Made by a program: the position numbers and the translations under genes. This document shows, piece after piece, positions 45,908-56,297 of a stretch of 64,000 nucleotides of DNA. The notes under the pieces were generated by a model. That model was given only the letters and a program-made list of their open reading frames with translations, had not been told where the DNA came from and made no database searches. The stretch is from Paludibacteraceae bacterium. GTDB lineage: Bacteria > Bacteroidota > Bacteroidia > Bacteroidales > Paludibacteraceae. Each line of letters opens with the position of its first letter. The stretch's first letter is position 1. Location: assembly GCA_045113275.1 (NCBI GenBank), contig JBGUIU010000300.1:241-64240 (forward strand), given 5' to 3'.

Positions 45908-47641
45908 ATGAGCTTTGTTAAATCTTTTTTTGCATGCTTGACTGCTATCGTTGTGTCAGGTGTGCTCCTCGTGTTGTTTCTATTGATTTCTGTCGCTATT
46001 GCTACTAAGCCTGCTGATATTGAAAGTAATTCTGTTTTGTCTATTTCACTTGATGGAGTTATAGTTGATCGGGAAGATAAAGATCTTATTTCTGATGTCT
46101 TTTCTAGGAATGAACTTAGAAATTCTTTGAAGGAGATTTTAGCTTCAATCAATTCGGCTAAAAACGATGACAGAATAAAAGGAATATACCTTAAGTGTGG
46201 AGTTGCCAGATGCGGTTATGCAACATTAGAGGAGATACGTCATGCATTGGAAGATTTTCAATCGGCAGGGAAGTTCGTCGTTTCTTATTCAGGTAGTTAT
46301 ACACAAGGAAATTACTACGTTGCTTCGGTAGCTGACTCTTTGTTTGTAAATCCACAAGGTGCTCTTGATCTCAGGGGAATAGCTGCATCCTCTGTTTTCT
46401 ATAAATCATTGCTAGATACGTTGGGCGTGGAGATGCAAGTGATAAAGGTGGGTACATATAAATCATTTACGGAACAATATACCAATGATTCGATGAGCGC
46501 GCCTAATCGTGAGCAGACGGAACAATTGGTGCAGTCGTTATGGTCTTCTGTTGTTGAGAAAATAGCTGTTTCAAGAAATATTCCAGCCTCTTCATTAGAT
46601 CAAATGGCTAATCAGATGATGGCTTTCCATCTCCCAACTGTTGCATTGAAGAATGGATTGGTGGATGGCTTACGTTATTCTGATGAGGTGGAGAACACTT
46701 TAAAAACTATGCTTTCACTTGCATCAGAAGATGAATTACATATTGTGTCATCCTCTGATTATTATGTTGAGGTGTCTGCGAATGATCAACTGTTGGATTC
46801 GGATGATAAGGTGGCTGTTTTGTTTGCAGAAGGAGAGATTGACAATGGAAACACGGATGGAATATCTTCCTCTAAGTTGGTTTCTCAGATTATGAAGCTT
46901 AAAGATGATAAAAATATAAAAAGTGTTGTGCTTCGTGTGAACTCTCCTGGTGGAAGTGCTTATGGAGCAGAACAAATCTGGCATGCTGTAGAGCTGCTAA
47001 AGAAAGAAAAGCCTGTTATAGTCAGCATGGGTAACTATGCAGCTTCTGGTGGATATTATTTATCGACAGGAGCCAATTATATTTTTGCAGATAAAATGAC
47101 CATCACAGGGTCTATCGGTGTGTTTGGCGTGATCCCTAATGTGGAGAAGCTGATGAAAAAGATTGGCGTCAAACACGAGGTGGTAAAGACACATCCGTAT
47201 GCCGATGTTTTGTCGAATTTTCTTCGACCATTGGATGAGGCGGAAAAGGATATTCTGCAAGAGCATGTGGCAGAGGTGTATGATGTTTTCTTGACAAGAT
47301 GCTCGGATGGTAGAGGCAAGACGAAAGAAGAGATTGCTGAGATTGCAGAAGGTAGAGTGTGGAGTGGAGAGAAAGCTTTGGAAATTGGCTTGGTGGATGC
47401 ATTAGGTGGTTTGAATGATGCGATTGCTTATGCTGTAAAAAATGCTAATCTGACAGACTATACAGTGGAATATTATCCAAAGGATGATGCCATGCTTAAA
47501 TTGACTGAATTGCCACATATCGGATATGATAAATTATTTAAGGGAAATGATGTATTCGAAAAAGAAAAACAGATGCTGTTTCGTTTGCAAAGTTTGGATT
47601 TTGATCAAGCAATGATGCCTTATTCCGTAGATATAAAGTAG
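45908..47641 (+). CDS. sppA: Signal peptide peptidase SppA, 67K type (tandem S49 domains)
   Basis: 577 aa. N-terminal TM helix. 'VNSPGGSAYGAEQI' and 'GNYAASGGYYLS'. Confidence 0.9.
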   Translation: MSFVKSFFACLTAIVVSGVLLVLFLLISVAIATKPADIESNSVLSISLDGVIVDREDKDLISDVFSRNELRNSLKEILASINSAKNDDRIKGIYLKCGVARCGYATLEEIRHALEDFQSAGKFVVSYSGSYTQGNYYVASVADSLFVNPQGALDLRGIAASSVFYKSLLDTLGVEMQVIKVGTYKSFTEQYTNDSMSAPNREQTEQLVQSLWSSVVEKIAVSRNIPASSLDQMANQMMAFHLPTVALKNGLVDGLRYSDEVENTLKTMLSLASEDELHIVSSSDYYVEVSANDQLLDSDDKVAVLFAEGEIDNGNTDGISSSKLVSQIMKLKDDKNIKSVVLRVNSPGGSAYGAEQIWHAVELLKKEKPVIVSMGNYAASGGYYLSTGANYIFADKMTITGSIGVFGVIPNVEKLMKKIGVKHEVVKTHPYADVLSNFLRPLDEAEKDILQEHVAEVYDVFLTRCSDGRGKTKEEIAEIAEGRVWSGEKALEIGLVDALGGLNDAIAYAVKNANLTDYTVEYYPKDDAMLKLTELPHIGYDKLFKGNDVFEKEKQMLFRLQSLDFDQAMMPYSVDIK

Positions 47642-47680
47642 TTTTTTGGCTAATTAGGTTGATTTTTAAAAAGAAAAGGT

Positions 47681-47688
47681 TATATTTG
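47681..47688 (+). promoter_or_regulatory. -7 promoter motif (TATATTTG) upstream of lpxK
   Basis: Matches TAnnTTTG, 58 nt upstream of the ATG at 47747. A tcactaa/ttagtga hairpin lies between them. Confidence 0.35.
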
Positions 47689-47746
47689 GGGGAAAAAGGT
47701 CACTAAACTTAGTGAGTAAGGCTGTCATTTTGATAAAAATAATACC

Positions 47747-48865
47747 ATGAATACTGAAAAACCGCTTATATTGAGGATTTTACTATGGCCATTTGCAATT
47801 ATATATTGGTTTGTCGTGACCATAAGGAACTTGTTTTTCGATTGGGGCATCTTGCCATCGAAAAAGAGTGATGTGCCAGTTATTTCCGTAGGGAATATCA
47901 CGGTGGGAGGCACTGGTAAAACGCCTTTCACTGAATATCTTATTAAAATATTAAAAACGAATTATCGCTTAGGCGTACTTAGTCGAGGTTATAAAAGGAA
48001 CTCGAAGGGGTATGTTTTGTTGACGTCCAGTTCAAAACCCGTTGAGGTGGGCGATGAACCGTATCAGGTGAAGACGAAATTCCCAGAGGTCATGGTGGCT
48101 GTAGATGCAAATAGAAGAAGAGGTATAGCTAAAATGCTTCAGGAACCTTACAATAAGCCCGAATTGATAATCTTGGATGATGCGTACCAACATCGATATG
48201 TGGATCCGGATATCTCCATTTTATTGGTTGATTATAATCGAATGATTACGGAAGATCATTTATTGCCTGTTGGTCAGTTGAGAGAACCCGTTAAGGCAAA
48301 AAATAGAGCGGATATATTGGTGGTGACGAAATGTCCAGCAGATCTTCCTTCAATACAGTTGCGTATCATACGCAAGAATCTGGGTATCTTCCCTTATCAG
48401 TCACTTTATTTCACTACGATGCAGTATGGTGACATGGTGCCTTTGTTCCCAAATAAAGTGAAATCTCCTCTGCAAAAGGAGAACTTGAAAGGTGTGTACA
48501 CTGCCCTTACAGTTTCGGGTATTGCATCCCCTATTCCGTTTGAAGATGAGGTCAGAGGGTTTGTAAAAGATATTGTGACCGTGAATTTTATGGATCATCA
48601 TAATTATTCGAAAAATGATTTCCAAAAAGTTGAGTCTATCTATAACGAGATAAAGGATTCGAAAAAAGTAATTATTACGACAGAAAAGGATGCTGTCCGG
48701 ATGATGAACAATCCGGAGTTCCCAGAATCGTTGAAAAAACTGATTTATTACATTCCGTTATATGTGGCATTTTTGAATGAAAATGGCGCTGATTTCGATA
48801 AAAAAATAGAGAATTATTTGGATAAGAATAAGTGTTTCAGTCAGATGATTACATCTAATGTATAA
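47747..48865 (+). CDS. lpxK: Tetraacyldisaccharide 4'-kinase
   Basis: 372 aa. 'ISVGNITVGGTGKTP' P-loop and 'LSRGYKR'. Confidence 0.92.
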   Translation: MNTEKPLILRILLWPFAIIYWFVVTIRNLFFDWGILPSKKSDVPVISVGNITVGGTGKTPFTEYLIKILKTNYRLGVLSRGYKRNSKGYVLLTSSSKPVEVGDEPYQVKTKFPEVMVAVDANRRRGIAKMLQEPYNKPELIILDDAYQHRYVDPDISILLVDYNRMITEDHLLPVGQLREPVKAKNRADILVVTKCPADLPSIQLRIIRKNLGIFPYQSLYFTTMQYGDMVPLFPNKVKSPLQKENLKGVYTALTVSGIASPIPFEDEVRGFVKDIVTVNFMDHHNYSKNDFQKVESIYNEIKDSKKVIITTEKDAVRMMNNPEFPESLKKLIYYIPLYVAFLNENGADFDKKIENYLDKNKCFSQMITSNV

Positions 48866-48885
48866 TGATTTTATAAGATAAGGAT

Positions 48886-49719
48886 ATGGATGATTTGTTG
48901 AAAAAGATAAAGGAGTCATGTTCGTGTTTGAATAAACGAACCAGCATGAGACCTAAGATAGCGATTGTATTGGGTACTGGATTAGGTAGCTTTGCTGAAA
49001 AGATTTCTGTGAAGGATGCTATTCCGTATAGTGAGATCCCTGGGTTCCGGACCAGTACAGTGCAGGGACATTCAGGAAAGCTGTTGTTTGGAACATTGGA
49101 AGGCATTGAGGTGATGGCAATGCAAGGCCGTTTGCATTATTATGAAGGATATAGTATGCAAGAGATAACATTTCCCGTTCGGGTTATGAAGGAGTTTGGC
49201 ATACGTGTTCTGATGGTCTCTAATGCAGCCGGTGGTTTGAATCCTGAGTATATACCGGGCGATGTTATGATTATAAAGGATCATATTAATTTATTCCCAG
49301 AACATCCATTGCATGGACCAAACATTGAGGAACTTGGAGTCCGTTTCCCTGATATGAGCAATGCATACGATAAGAAATTGATTGCTTACTCGGATGAGAT
49401 CAATGCAAAATTTGATATGGGACTAAAGAAAGGTGTTTATGTGGGAACGCAAGGTCCTACGTTTGAAACATTGTCTGAATACCGATATTTTAGAATCATT
49501 GGTGGTGATTCCTGTGGTATGTCAACGGTCCCAGAGGTGATTGTGGCTAATCATGCAGGTCTCTCTGTATTTGGTGTCTCTGTTATATCCAATGTTGGTG
49601 TTGATGCTAATCTAAGCAATGTGACACATGAGGAGGTGCAACAAAACACGCTGTTGGCTCAGGATAAATTAGCTTTGCTGTTTACGGAGATGGTGAAGAG
49701 ATGCTCTGCTGATTTCTAA
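48886..49719 (+). CDS. Purine nucleoside phosphorylase (PNP family I, inosine/guanosine type)
   Basis: 277 aa. 'AIVLGTGLG', 'GRLHYYEGY', 'VSNAAGGLN' and 'GDSCGMSTVPEV'. Confidence 0.9.
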   Translation: MDDLLKKIKESCSCLNKRTSMRPKIAIVLGTGLGSFAEKISVKDAIPYSEIPGFRTSTVQGHSGKLLFGTLEGIEVMAMQGRLHYYEGYSMQEITFPVRVMKEFGIRVLMVSNAAGGLNPEYIPGDVMIIKDHINLFPEHPLHGPNIEELGVRFPDMSNAYDKKLIAYSDEINAKFDMGLKKGVYVGTQGPTFETLSEYRYFRIIGGDSCGMSTVPEVIVANHAGLSVFGVSVISNVGVDANLSNVTHEEVQQNTLLAQDKLALLFTEMVKRCSADF

Positions 49720-49803
49720 AAAAAGAAGGTGACTTGTGATTATGCTGGACATCCATTTATGATTTAAGGGTGTCAGGTTTTAATTTATAGTTAAGCGTAA
49801 TAG

Positions 49804-49848
49804 AAAGAAGTGCTATGAATCAGATGATTTTGTGCACTTCTTTTTTTT
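49804..49848 (+). terminator. Rho-independent terminator after the PNP gene
   Basis: aaagaagtgc / gcacttcttt 10-bp stem with a 19-nt loop and a T tract running on from the stem. Confidence 0.6.
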
Positions 49849-49909
49849 CTTTTACAATCTTGATGGACATTTATGTAATATTAGCAACTGTTTTAATGAA
49901 AAAAAGTCG

Positions 49910-49917
49910 TAACTTTG
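49910..49917 (+). promoter_or_regulatory. -7 promoter motif (TAACTTTG) for the activase-fusion gene
   Basis: Matches TAnnTTTG, 40 nt upstream of the ATG at 49958. Confidence 0.45.
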
Positions 49918-49957
49918 CACTCTAATTTTACTTGGACTTAAATATACCACGATATTG

Positions 49958-52900
49958 ATGAATGTTAGAGATATATTGCGTATAGGACTAGATGCTGGTT
50001 CAACAACATTGAAGTTAGTCGCTATAGACAACAAGGGTGATGTAGTTTATAAAGATTATAATAGACATCATGCTGATATTCCAGGGACGTTATTGTCATC
50101 TTTGCAGAAGATGAAATCTCTCATGGGAAATCTGCAGATTTCAATCTGTACTACAGGATCGGCTGGAATGGGCTTGTCTGAACGATATCATCTACCTTTT
50201 GTTCAAGAGGTGGTCGCTGCTACCAAAGTTATAGAGGAGAAGTTTTCACAAACCAAAACATTGATCGATATAGGGGGTGAGGATAGTAAGATGATATTCT
50301 TCAACAAGAATCTTCAGCCAGATATTCGTATGAATGGAAATTGCGCTGGTGGAACGGGAGCCTTTATTGATCAGATGGCGGCTATTCTGGCAGTGAGTGT
50401 GTCTGAGTTGAGCGAGATGGCTTTAAAGGCTGATATGATTTATCCTATTGCCTCTCGTTGTGGAGTATTCTCAAAGACAGATATTCAGAATCTTATTAGT
50501 TTGAATGTCAGCCGTGAGAATATTGCAGCCTCTATCTTCAATGCGGTGGTGACTCAGGTGGTTTCCACATTGTCTCGTGGTTGTGATATCTTGCCTAAGT
50601 TGTTTTTGTGTGGTGGTCCTTTTGCGTTTATTCCAGCATTGAAGAAGCTGTTAATGCAGAAGTTGTCCATGGCAGAAGAGGATGTGATATTGTGTGAACA
50701 TGCTTCTGTAATACCTGCATGGGGTGCTTCGTTGTCCGTCTCAAAAGATGTTACACATCTGACATTGGATGAATACATCGCATTGTTTTCTGAAAATCGC
50801 AAAAAGATAGACATCGCACAATCGGGATTGCAACCATTGTTCCGTGATGATGCGGACTTTGAACAATGGAAGGCTTCAAAGGAGAAGAATAAGATAGAAA
50901 AGATTGATCTGGCAGATTTATCTGACGGACGTTGTTATATTGGTATCGATTCAGGTTCAACTACCACGAAGGTGGTGGCAATGGATCCGCAGGATCGAAT
51001 CTTCTTTACTTTCTATAAGAAAAATGGTGGTAAACCATTGGAGACTGTAAAAGAAGGATTGTCTCAATTGTTGGAGGAGTCTCGTGCAAAGGGGAAAAAA
51101 CTGACTATTATATCTGCATGTTCTACTGGTTATGGTGAGGATTTGATCAAGACAGCATTTGAGTTGGATTATGGAATGGTAGAGACCATTGCTCATTATA
51201 CTGCTGCATACAAATTGAATCCTAAGGTTTCATTCATTTTGGATATCGGTGGACAGGACATGAAGGCTATCTTTGTTGATAAGGGTGCCATCAACCGTTT
51301 GGAAATCAATGAGGCATGTTCTTCCGGTTGTGGTTCGTTTATTGATAGTTTTGCTAAGTCGTTGGATTGTCCGATTGCAGAGTTCGTGGATCGTGCATGT
51401 AAAAGTCAAAATCCATCCGATTTAGGTACAAGATGTACTGTTTTTATGAACTCAAAGGTAAAACAATGTCTGCGTGAGGGTTCACCATTGGATGATATAT
51501 CTGCCGGCTTAGCCTATTCAGTAGTGAAGAACTGCTTGTATAAGGTTTTGAAACTGAAGAGTATGGATGAGTTGGGTGACCACATTGTGTTACAGGGTGG
51601 AACGATGAGAAATAAGGCGGTAGTTCGTGCTTTTGAATGTTCTACTGGTAAGAACGTCATCGTCTCCAATTATCCTGAATTGATGGGAGCCTACGGAGCA
51701 GCTTTGTTTGCGAAGAATAGAGTGGAGGATAAATGCAATACATTGAAACCAATGAATCGTGCATTGGAAGATGTAGTGGATCTAAGAGAATACACAGTGG
51801 AACCGATGCGATGCGTCGGATGTGAAAATAATTGTCAGATCCTGAAAAATGTATTTGCCAATGGTAAAACATACTACTCAGGTAATAAATGTGAGAAAGT
51901 ATATACAAATAAGGGAGAAAAGGATAGAACAGCGTTTAATCTGAGTCTATTCAAGAGTGAACAGGCATTTAAGAGTAGCACCAAGGGAATGGTGAAAAAT
52001 CCACTTCTCACGTTGGGTATTCCACGTGTCTTGAATATGTACGAAAACTTCCAGTTTTGGTATATTCTCTTTTCAACCTGTGGAATAGAGGTTAAAAAAT
52101 CTGCACGTTCTACATTTAAGATATATGAGTCGGGCTTGAATACAGTGATGGCTGACAATATCTGTTTCCCAGCAAAATTGGTACACGGACATGTATTGGA
52201 TTTAGTGGAGAAAAAGGTGGATAGAATCTTCTTCCCGTATGTTGTTTATGAGGAGTTGGAGCCTAAATCAAACAATAGTTACAATTGTCCGGTGGTGGCA
52301 GGTTATTCAGATGTGTTGAAAAGTGCTATCAATACAAAAGAACGATATAATATACCATTGGATGCTCCTGTGATAAACTTCAAGGATGATAAGCTGTTGA
52401 TGAATTCTTGTAGGTTATACCTTACACAGTTGCTGAAGGATCAATACGATGAACAGATCTTCCAAAAGGCTTTTGCAGAGGCGAAGAATGCTAAGAATAA
52501 ATATGTGCAGACCATTCATGATCGTGCGGTACACACCTTGGAGGTGGCGAAGAAAGAGAACCGTTTCGTGATATTGTTGGCAGGTCGTCCATATCATAAT
52601 GATCCATTGATTCAACATAAGGTGTCAGAAATCATTGCATCGTTTGGTGTGGATGTGATTACAGAGGATATCGTACGTGGAGTGGATACTCCATTGAAGA
52701 ATTCACATATCATTCCACAATGGTCTTATATGAACCGTATCATGAAAGCTGCTCAGTGGGTGGCTAATACGGATGAGGATGTGCATTTCGTGCAGTTGAC
52801 ATCCTTTGGTTGCGGACCCGATGCGTTTATATTAGACGAGGTAAGTGATATATTGAAACAGGGCGGTAAGAATCTTACACTCTTGAAGGTGGATGATGTC

Positions 52901-54241
52901 AATAACGCCGGTTCATTAAGGTTGAGAATACGTTCCTTGATAGAATCATTGAAGTATAAACATAATGATTCTGATTCGACGAAATGTGCCTTTAAAACGA
53001 CGCCTGAATATTTGACGAAAGACCAGAAGAAGAAAATCTTGGTTCCATTCTTCTCAGAATATCATTCACCATTCATTCCGTCTATCTTCCGTCTGATGGG
53101 ATACGAGATGGAGAATATGCCACCGAGTGATGCCGTCTCAGCTAAGTTGGGATTGAAATATGCGAACAATGAGGTTTGCTATCCAGCAACGTTGGTGGTC
53201 GGTGATTGCATTCGTGCGTTGGAGTCGGGTAAATATGATGTTAATAACATCACATTTGCTATTACGCAAACAGGAGGACAGTGTCGTGCAACAAATTATA
53301 TTGCTTTGATCAAGAAAGCATTGCTTGCTGCAGGCTACGACAATATTCCTGTCGTGTCGATCTCTATTATGAATACAATCAACGAGCAATCTGGTTTTAC
53401 ACCTGATGTGAAGAAAGCGGCTAAGATAACATTGTATATGTTGTTTTATGCAGATGCTATTGCTAAGATGTATTATGCGTCAGCTGTACGTGAAAAAGAA
53501 CCAGGTAAGGCAAAAGAGTTACGAGATGAATTCATCTCTCGTGCGGTTCCTTTCGTTGATAAAAAGAGTACAAAGGCATTGTTGAGTTTGCTGGAAGAAG
53601 CTGCTATTCGATTTGGTGAGATTTCTAAGACGATGGATGTGCCTCGAATCGGTATCGTAGGTGAGATCTTTATTAAGTATAACTCCTTCGGTCATCAGCA
53701 TATCGTTGATTGGTTGGTTAAAGAGGGAATAGAACCGGTTATCCCTTCATTGAATGAGTTCTTCACTCAATATTTCCCTAATGCTAAATTCAACGAGACG
53801 AATTATCTGGATTCTAAACGCTCGATTAAACAAAAGCTATTGACATTGTTGGGTGAGCGAATCATTAAAAACATTGAAAAGAAGATCGATAAGGCTGCTT
53901 CTAAGTACAAATATTACGAGAAGATCGCTGATATCCACCATGAAGCTAAACGTGCTGAAAAGATTGTTAATCTAGCTGCACAATTTGGCGAAGGATGGTT
54001 GATTCCTGCAGAATTGGCATCATTCGCAGAAAGGGGAATCAATGCAGCTGTCAGTCTTCAACCATTTGGATGTATAGCTAATCATGTGATATCTAAAGGA
54101 ATAGAGAAGAAAGTGAAGGATATATATCCTGATATGAATATATTATTCCTGGATTTTGATGGTGGTGTGAGTGAAGTGAATGTCTTAAATCGTATGCATT
54201 TCATTGCAAGGGCTGCAAAGAGTCAGATGAATCAAAAATAA
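49958..54241 (+). CDS. Acyl-CoA dehydratase activase-related giant protein (two tandem BcrAD/BadFG ATPase domains fused to a ~830-aa C-terminal region)
   Basis: 1427 aa from the ATG. ATPase phosphate-1 motifs 'LRIGLDAGSTTLKLVAID' and 'CYIGIDSGSTTTKVVAMD'. Cluster-Cys contexts 'NGNCAGGTGAF/ASRCGVFSK' and 'NEACSSGCGSF/GTRCTVFMN'. C-terminal 'TSFGCGPDAF' and 'LQPFGCIANHV'. Confidence 0.85.
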   Translation: MNVRDILRIGLDAGSTTLKLVAIDNKGDVVYKDYNRHHADIPGTLLSSLQKMKSLMGNLQISICTTGSAGMGLSERYHLPFVQEVVAATKVIEEKFSQTKTLIDIGGEDSKMIFFNKNLQPDIRMNGNCAGGTGAFIDQMAAILAVSVSELSEMALKADMIYPIASRCGVFSKTDIQNLISLNVSRENIAASIFNAVVTQVVSTLSRGCDILPKLFLCGGPFAFIPALKKLLMQKLSMAEEDVILCEHASVIPAWGASLSVSKDVTHLTLDEYIALFSENRKKIDIAQSGLQPLFRDDADFEQWKASKEKNKIEKIDLADLSDGRCYIGIDSGSTTTKVVAMDPQDRIFFTFYKKNGGKPLETVKEGLSQLLEESRAKGKKLTIISACSTGYGEDLIKTAFELDYGMVETIAHYTAAYKLNPKVSFILDIGGQDMKAIFVDKGAINRLEINEACSSGCGSFIDSFAKSLDCPIAEFVDRACKSQNPSDLGTRCTVFMNSKVKQCLREGSPLDDISAGLAYSVVKNCLYKVLKLKSMDELGDHIVLQGGTMRNKAVVRAFECSTGKNVIVSNYPELMGAYGAALFAKNRVEDKCNTLKPMNRALEDVVDLREYTVEPMRCVGCENNCQILKNVFANGKTYYSGNKCEKVYTNKGEKDRTAFNLSLFKSEQAFKSSTKGMVKNPLLTLGIPRVLNMYENFQFWYILFSTCGIEVKKSARSTFKIYESGLNTVMADNICFPAKLVHGHVLDLVEKKVDRIFFPYVVYEELEPKSNNSYNCPVVAGYSDVLKSAINTKERYNIPLDAPVINFKDDKLLMNSCRLYLTQLLKDQYDEQIFQKAFAEAKNAKNKYVQTIHDRAVHTLEVAKKENRFVILLAGRPYHNDPLIQHKVSEIIASFGVDVITEDIVRGVDTPLKNSHIIPQWSYMNRIMKAAQWVANTDEDVHFVQLTSFGCGPDAFILDEVSDILKQGGKNLTLLKVDDVNNAGSLRLRIRSLIESLKYKHNDSDSTKCAFKTTPEYLTKDQKKKILVPFFSEYHSPFIPSIFRLMGYEMENMPPSDAVSAKLGLKYANNEVCYPATLVVGDCIRALESGKYDVNNITFAITQTGGQCRATNYIALIKKALLAAGYDNIPVVSISIMNTINEQSGFTPDVKKAAKITLYMLFYADAIAKMYYASAVREKEPGKAKELRDEFISRAVPFVDKKSTKALLSLLEEAAIRFGEISKTMDVPRIGIVGEIFIKYNSFGHQHIVDWLVKEGIEPVIPSLNEFFTQYFPNAKFNETNYLDSKRSIKQKLLTLLGERIIKNIEKKIDKAASKYKYYEKIADIHHEAKRAEKIVNLAAQFGEGWLIPAELASFAERGINAAVSLQPFGCIANHVISKGIEKKVKDIYPDMNILFLDFDGGVSEVNVLNRMHFIARAAKSQMNQK

Positions 54242-54258
54242 GGCAAGAAAGGATAAAT

Positions 54259-54304
54259 AAAAAAATCATGTCATCAGAAGAAAACGATGGCATGATTTTT
54301 TTTG
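54259..54304. terminator. Bidirectional terminator between convergent genes
   Basis: 11-bp stem atcatgtcatc / gatggcatgat (one G-T pair) flanked by an A tract upstream and a T tract downstream. Confidence 0.65.
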
Positions 54305-54336
54305 TTTTGACAGTGATGTTTTCGTGAAAGTTGGCG

Positions 54337-55299
54337 TTACTCCAGATCCTTTTTTCTACCGTTTCTATGTTTCCATAATTGGTAGGAGTTGACAAGGTTT
54401 TGCCAAAGGACATAAGAAGCAGGGGCAACAGCGATGATAGGATTGAAAAAGGTTTGAGCCATCCAGATAGCAAGGATGGTATTTTTTTGTCCGTATGCTT
54501 GTCCGCTAGCAACTTTATTATGGTAAGGTTTCCCTAGTCTTCGTCCCACGGTGAACTGTATCAAGCAGGTGAGCAATGCTATTAAAGCCATGTTAAAGGC
54601 GGCGGCTCTTTCGACGGATTCCATAGAGAGTAGGTCGGTGGTGGTACGTGCCATCAACAGAACCAACGCAAGGGTCCAGAGCCAAAAGGAGATACCTTGT
54701 TTCCGTTTGAAATACTCATGAATGGAAGGGATGAAAAACTTGATAATCATGGCCAGAATAAAAGGGCCGAAGATGAGCGGAAATGCTTTCCCGCAAATGG
54801 TGTTGAAGGCTTCGAGGAAGGAGAGGTCTGTCGCACCTGTTCCATGGGCGCCGATAAGCGAGAAGTAGAGGGGTGCAAATGCAGCCACGAGAAGGTTGCT
54901 TGAGATGCTATAGGTGATGATACCTGTGACATTACCACCCAGAAGACCTGTGATGACGGGAGCAGAGGTGGCCGTTGGTGCGATGAGGCAGATGAGACCA
55001 GCTTCAGCTATATTTTTATCAATTTTGAAAAGAATTAGGTAGAAGAGAATGCAGACAGAAAACTGAATGCCCAGAAGATATATGTGCCAGGGTTTCCATC
55101 GAAACTGTTTCAGATCGACTTTGCAGTAAACGATGAATAGCATGAGGAAAAGCATGTATTTAGTGATGAAAGTAATATCTTTCAACGGTTCATCCATGAA
55201 GTATTTTGTTATAAAAGAGACATCGGTGAATACGGAGTGGAATACGATTCCAACCATCATCGAGATGAATAAGGCATACGTTTTAAGAAAGTTTATCAT
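54337..55299 (-). CDS. BASS-fold (bile acid:sodium symporter family-like) transporter
   Basis: 320 aa, ~9-10 TM helices. 'LIAPTATSAPVITGLLGGNVTGIITYSISSNL' and 'SGQAYGQKNTILAIWMAQTFF' resemble BASS/SBF signature regions. Confidence 0.6.
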   Translation of the reverse strand: MINFLKTYALFISMMVGIVFHSVFTDVSFITKYFMDEPLKDITFITKYMLFLMLFIVYCKVDLKQFRWKPWHIYLLGIQFSVCILFYLILFKIDKNIAEAGLICLIAPTATSAPVITGLLGGNVTGIITYSISSNLLVAAFAPLYFSLIGAHGTGATDLSFLEAFNTICGKAFPLIFGPFILAMIIKFFIPSIHEYFKRKQGISFWLWTLALVLLMARTTTDLLSMESVERAAAFNMALIALLTCLIQFTVGRRLGKPYHNKVASGQAYGQKNTILAIWMAQTFFNPIIAVAPASYVLWQNLVNSYQLWKHRNGRKKDLE

Positions 55300-55313
55300 A
55301 TTCTTATTATTAC

Positions 55314-55344
55314 AAAAAAAAGACGTACAAAGGTACGTCTTTTT
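55314..55344 (-). terminator. Rho-independent terminator downstream of the YeaQ/GlsB-like gene
   Basis: agacgtac-aaag-gtacgtct hairpin flanked by A and T tracts. On the minus strand it is followed by 8 T. Confidence 0.65.
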
Positions 55345-55370
55345 AAGCTTTTTTAGGTTTGTTCTTTACA

Positions 55371-55619
55371 TTATTTCTTTTTTATCAAAGAAAGAATCCA
55401 TAATAAAATCACTGCACCCAATGTGGCTGTAATGATTTGTCCTAAATAAGGGATGCCAAGAAGACCTTCGAAGAAACCTCCGAATAACCAACCTCCGATA
55501 ACACCACCTAAGATACCGATTAATAAATTAAGCAATAAACCATTGCTTGCTCCGGAAAAAAGCCTGCTACCCAGGTAACCTGCAGCTGCGCCAATTAATA
55601 AAGAAATAACTAGTTCCAT
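55371..55619 (-). CDS. GlsB/YeaQ/YmgE-family stress-response membrane protein
   Basis: 82 aa. Gly-rich TM helices 'LLIGAAAGYLGSRLF' and 'LLIGILGGVIGGWLFG'. Confidence 0.85.
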   Translation of the reverse strand: MELVISLLIGAAAGYLGSRLFSGASNGLLLNLLIGILGGVIGGWLFGGFFEGLLGIPYLGQIITATLGAVILLWILSLIKKK

Positions 55620-55781
55620 GTTTTGTTAGTTTTAATTTAGTATGTTAATAGCGCAACGAAATTAGTAAATTAAGATGACAGAAAGAAATTTATTTTAGAG
55701 TTTTATCGATTATGTCTTATTTTATTCATTTGTTGAACTATTTTTGTTGTCTTGATTTTTTGAAAAAAAACATATTTAACT

Positions 55782-55789
55782 TAACTTTG
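55782..55789 (+). promoter_or_regulatory. -7 promoter motif (TAACTTTG) for tRNA-Arg
   Basis: Matches TAnnTTTG, 30 nt upstream of the tRNA 5' end. Confidence 0.5.
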
Positions 55790-55819
55790 CATCCTAATTT
55801 TAGCCTTAGGCTAAGGTAA

Positions 55820-55891
55820 GGTTGCGTAGTTCAATGGATAGAATACGGGTTTCCTAAACCTTAGATCCGGGTTCGATTCCCGGCGCGACTA
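55820..55891 (+). tRNA. tRNA-Arg (anticodon CCT)
   Basis: 72-nt cloverleaf: acceptor GGTTGCG/CGCGACT (two G-T pairs), D-arm GTTC-AATGGATA-GAAT, anticodon loop TTCCTAA, T-arm CCGGG-TTCGATT-CCCGG. The anticodon stem has one mismatch and the variable loop is 4 nt. Confidence 0.7.
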
Positions 55892-56104
55892 CAGATTCCT
55901 CTACGAATTGTGTAAACCGAATTTAAAAAGAACAACAGTGCTGGATGTGCGGATTTCATTCCTCTGGTAAAATAATTTAAGGTAAACAAATAAACTATTT
56001 TTAATATTTTTTAGGATTTAATAAGAATAATTCATATACTTGCAGAGGCATTTGGCCTTTATATAGTCGATGCAATTTAATTATTAACCTTAAAAATTAG
56101 TATT

Positions 56105-56278
56105 ATGAAATTAACAGCTCCAACTAACGTCATTTTTATCATTTCCTTGATCTTAGGAATTTTAGGTTTATTGGGTAGATTGGCAGTCATCGGTGGATTC
56201 GTTGCAGCCAACGCATTCTGGTTTGTATTCGTAGGATTAATCCTATTAGCTTTGGGTTGCTTGCTAAAAGGCCTATAA
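56105..56278 (+). CDS. 57-aa two-helix membrane peptide (below the 60-aa cut-off of the ORF track)
   Basis: ATG at 56105 and TAA at 56276. Translates to 'MKLTAPTNVIFIISLILGILGLLGRLAVIGGFVAANAFWFVFVGLILLALGCLLKGL'. A clean terminator follows directly. Confidence 0.55.
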   Translation: MKLTAPTNVIFIISLILGILGLLGRLAVIGGFVAANAFWFVFVGLILLALGCLLKGL

Positions 56279-56297
56279 ATCCCTTATAAAGATTAGG

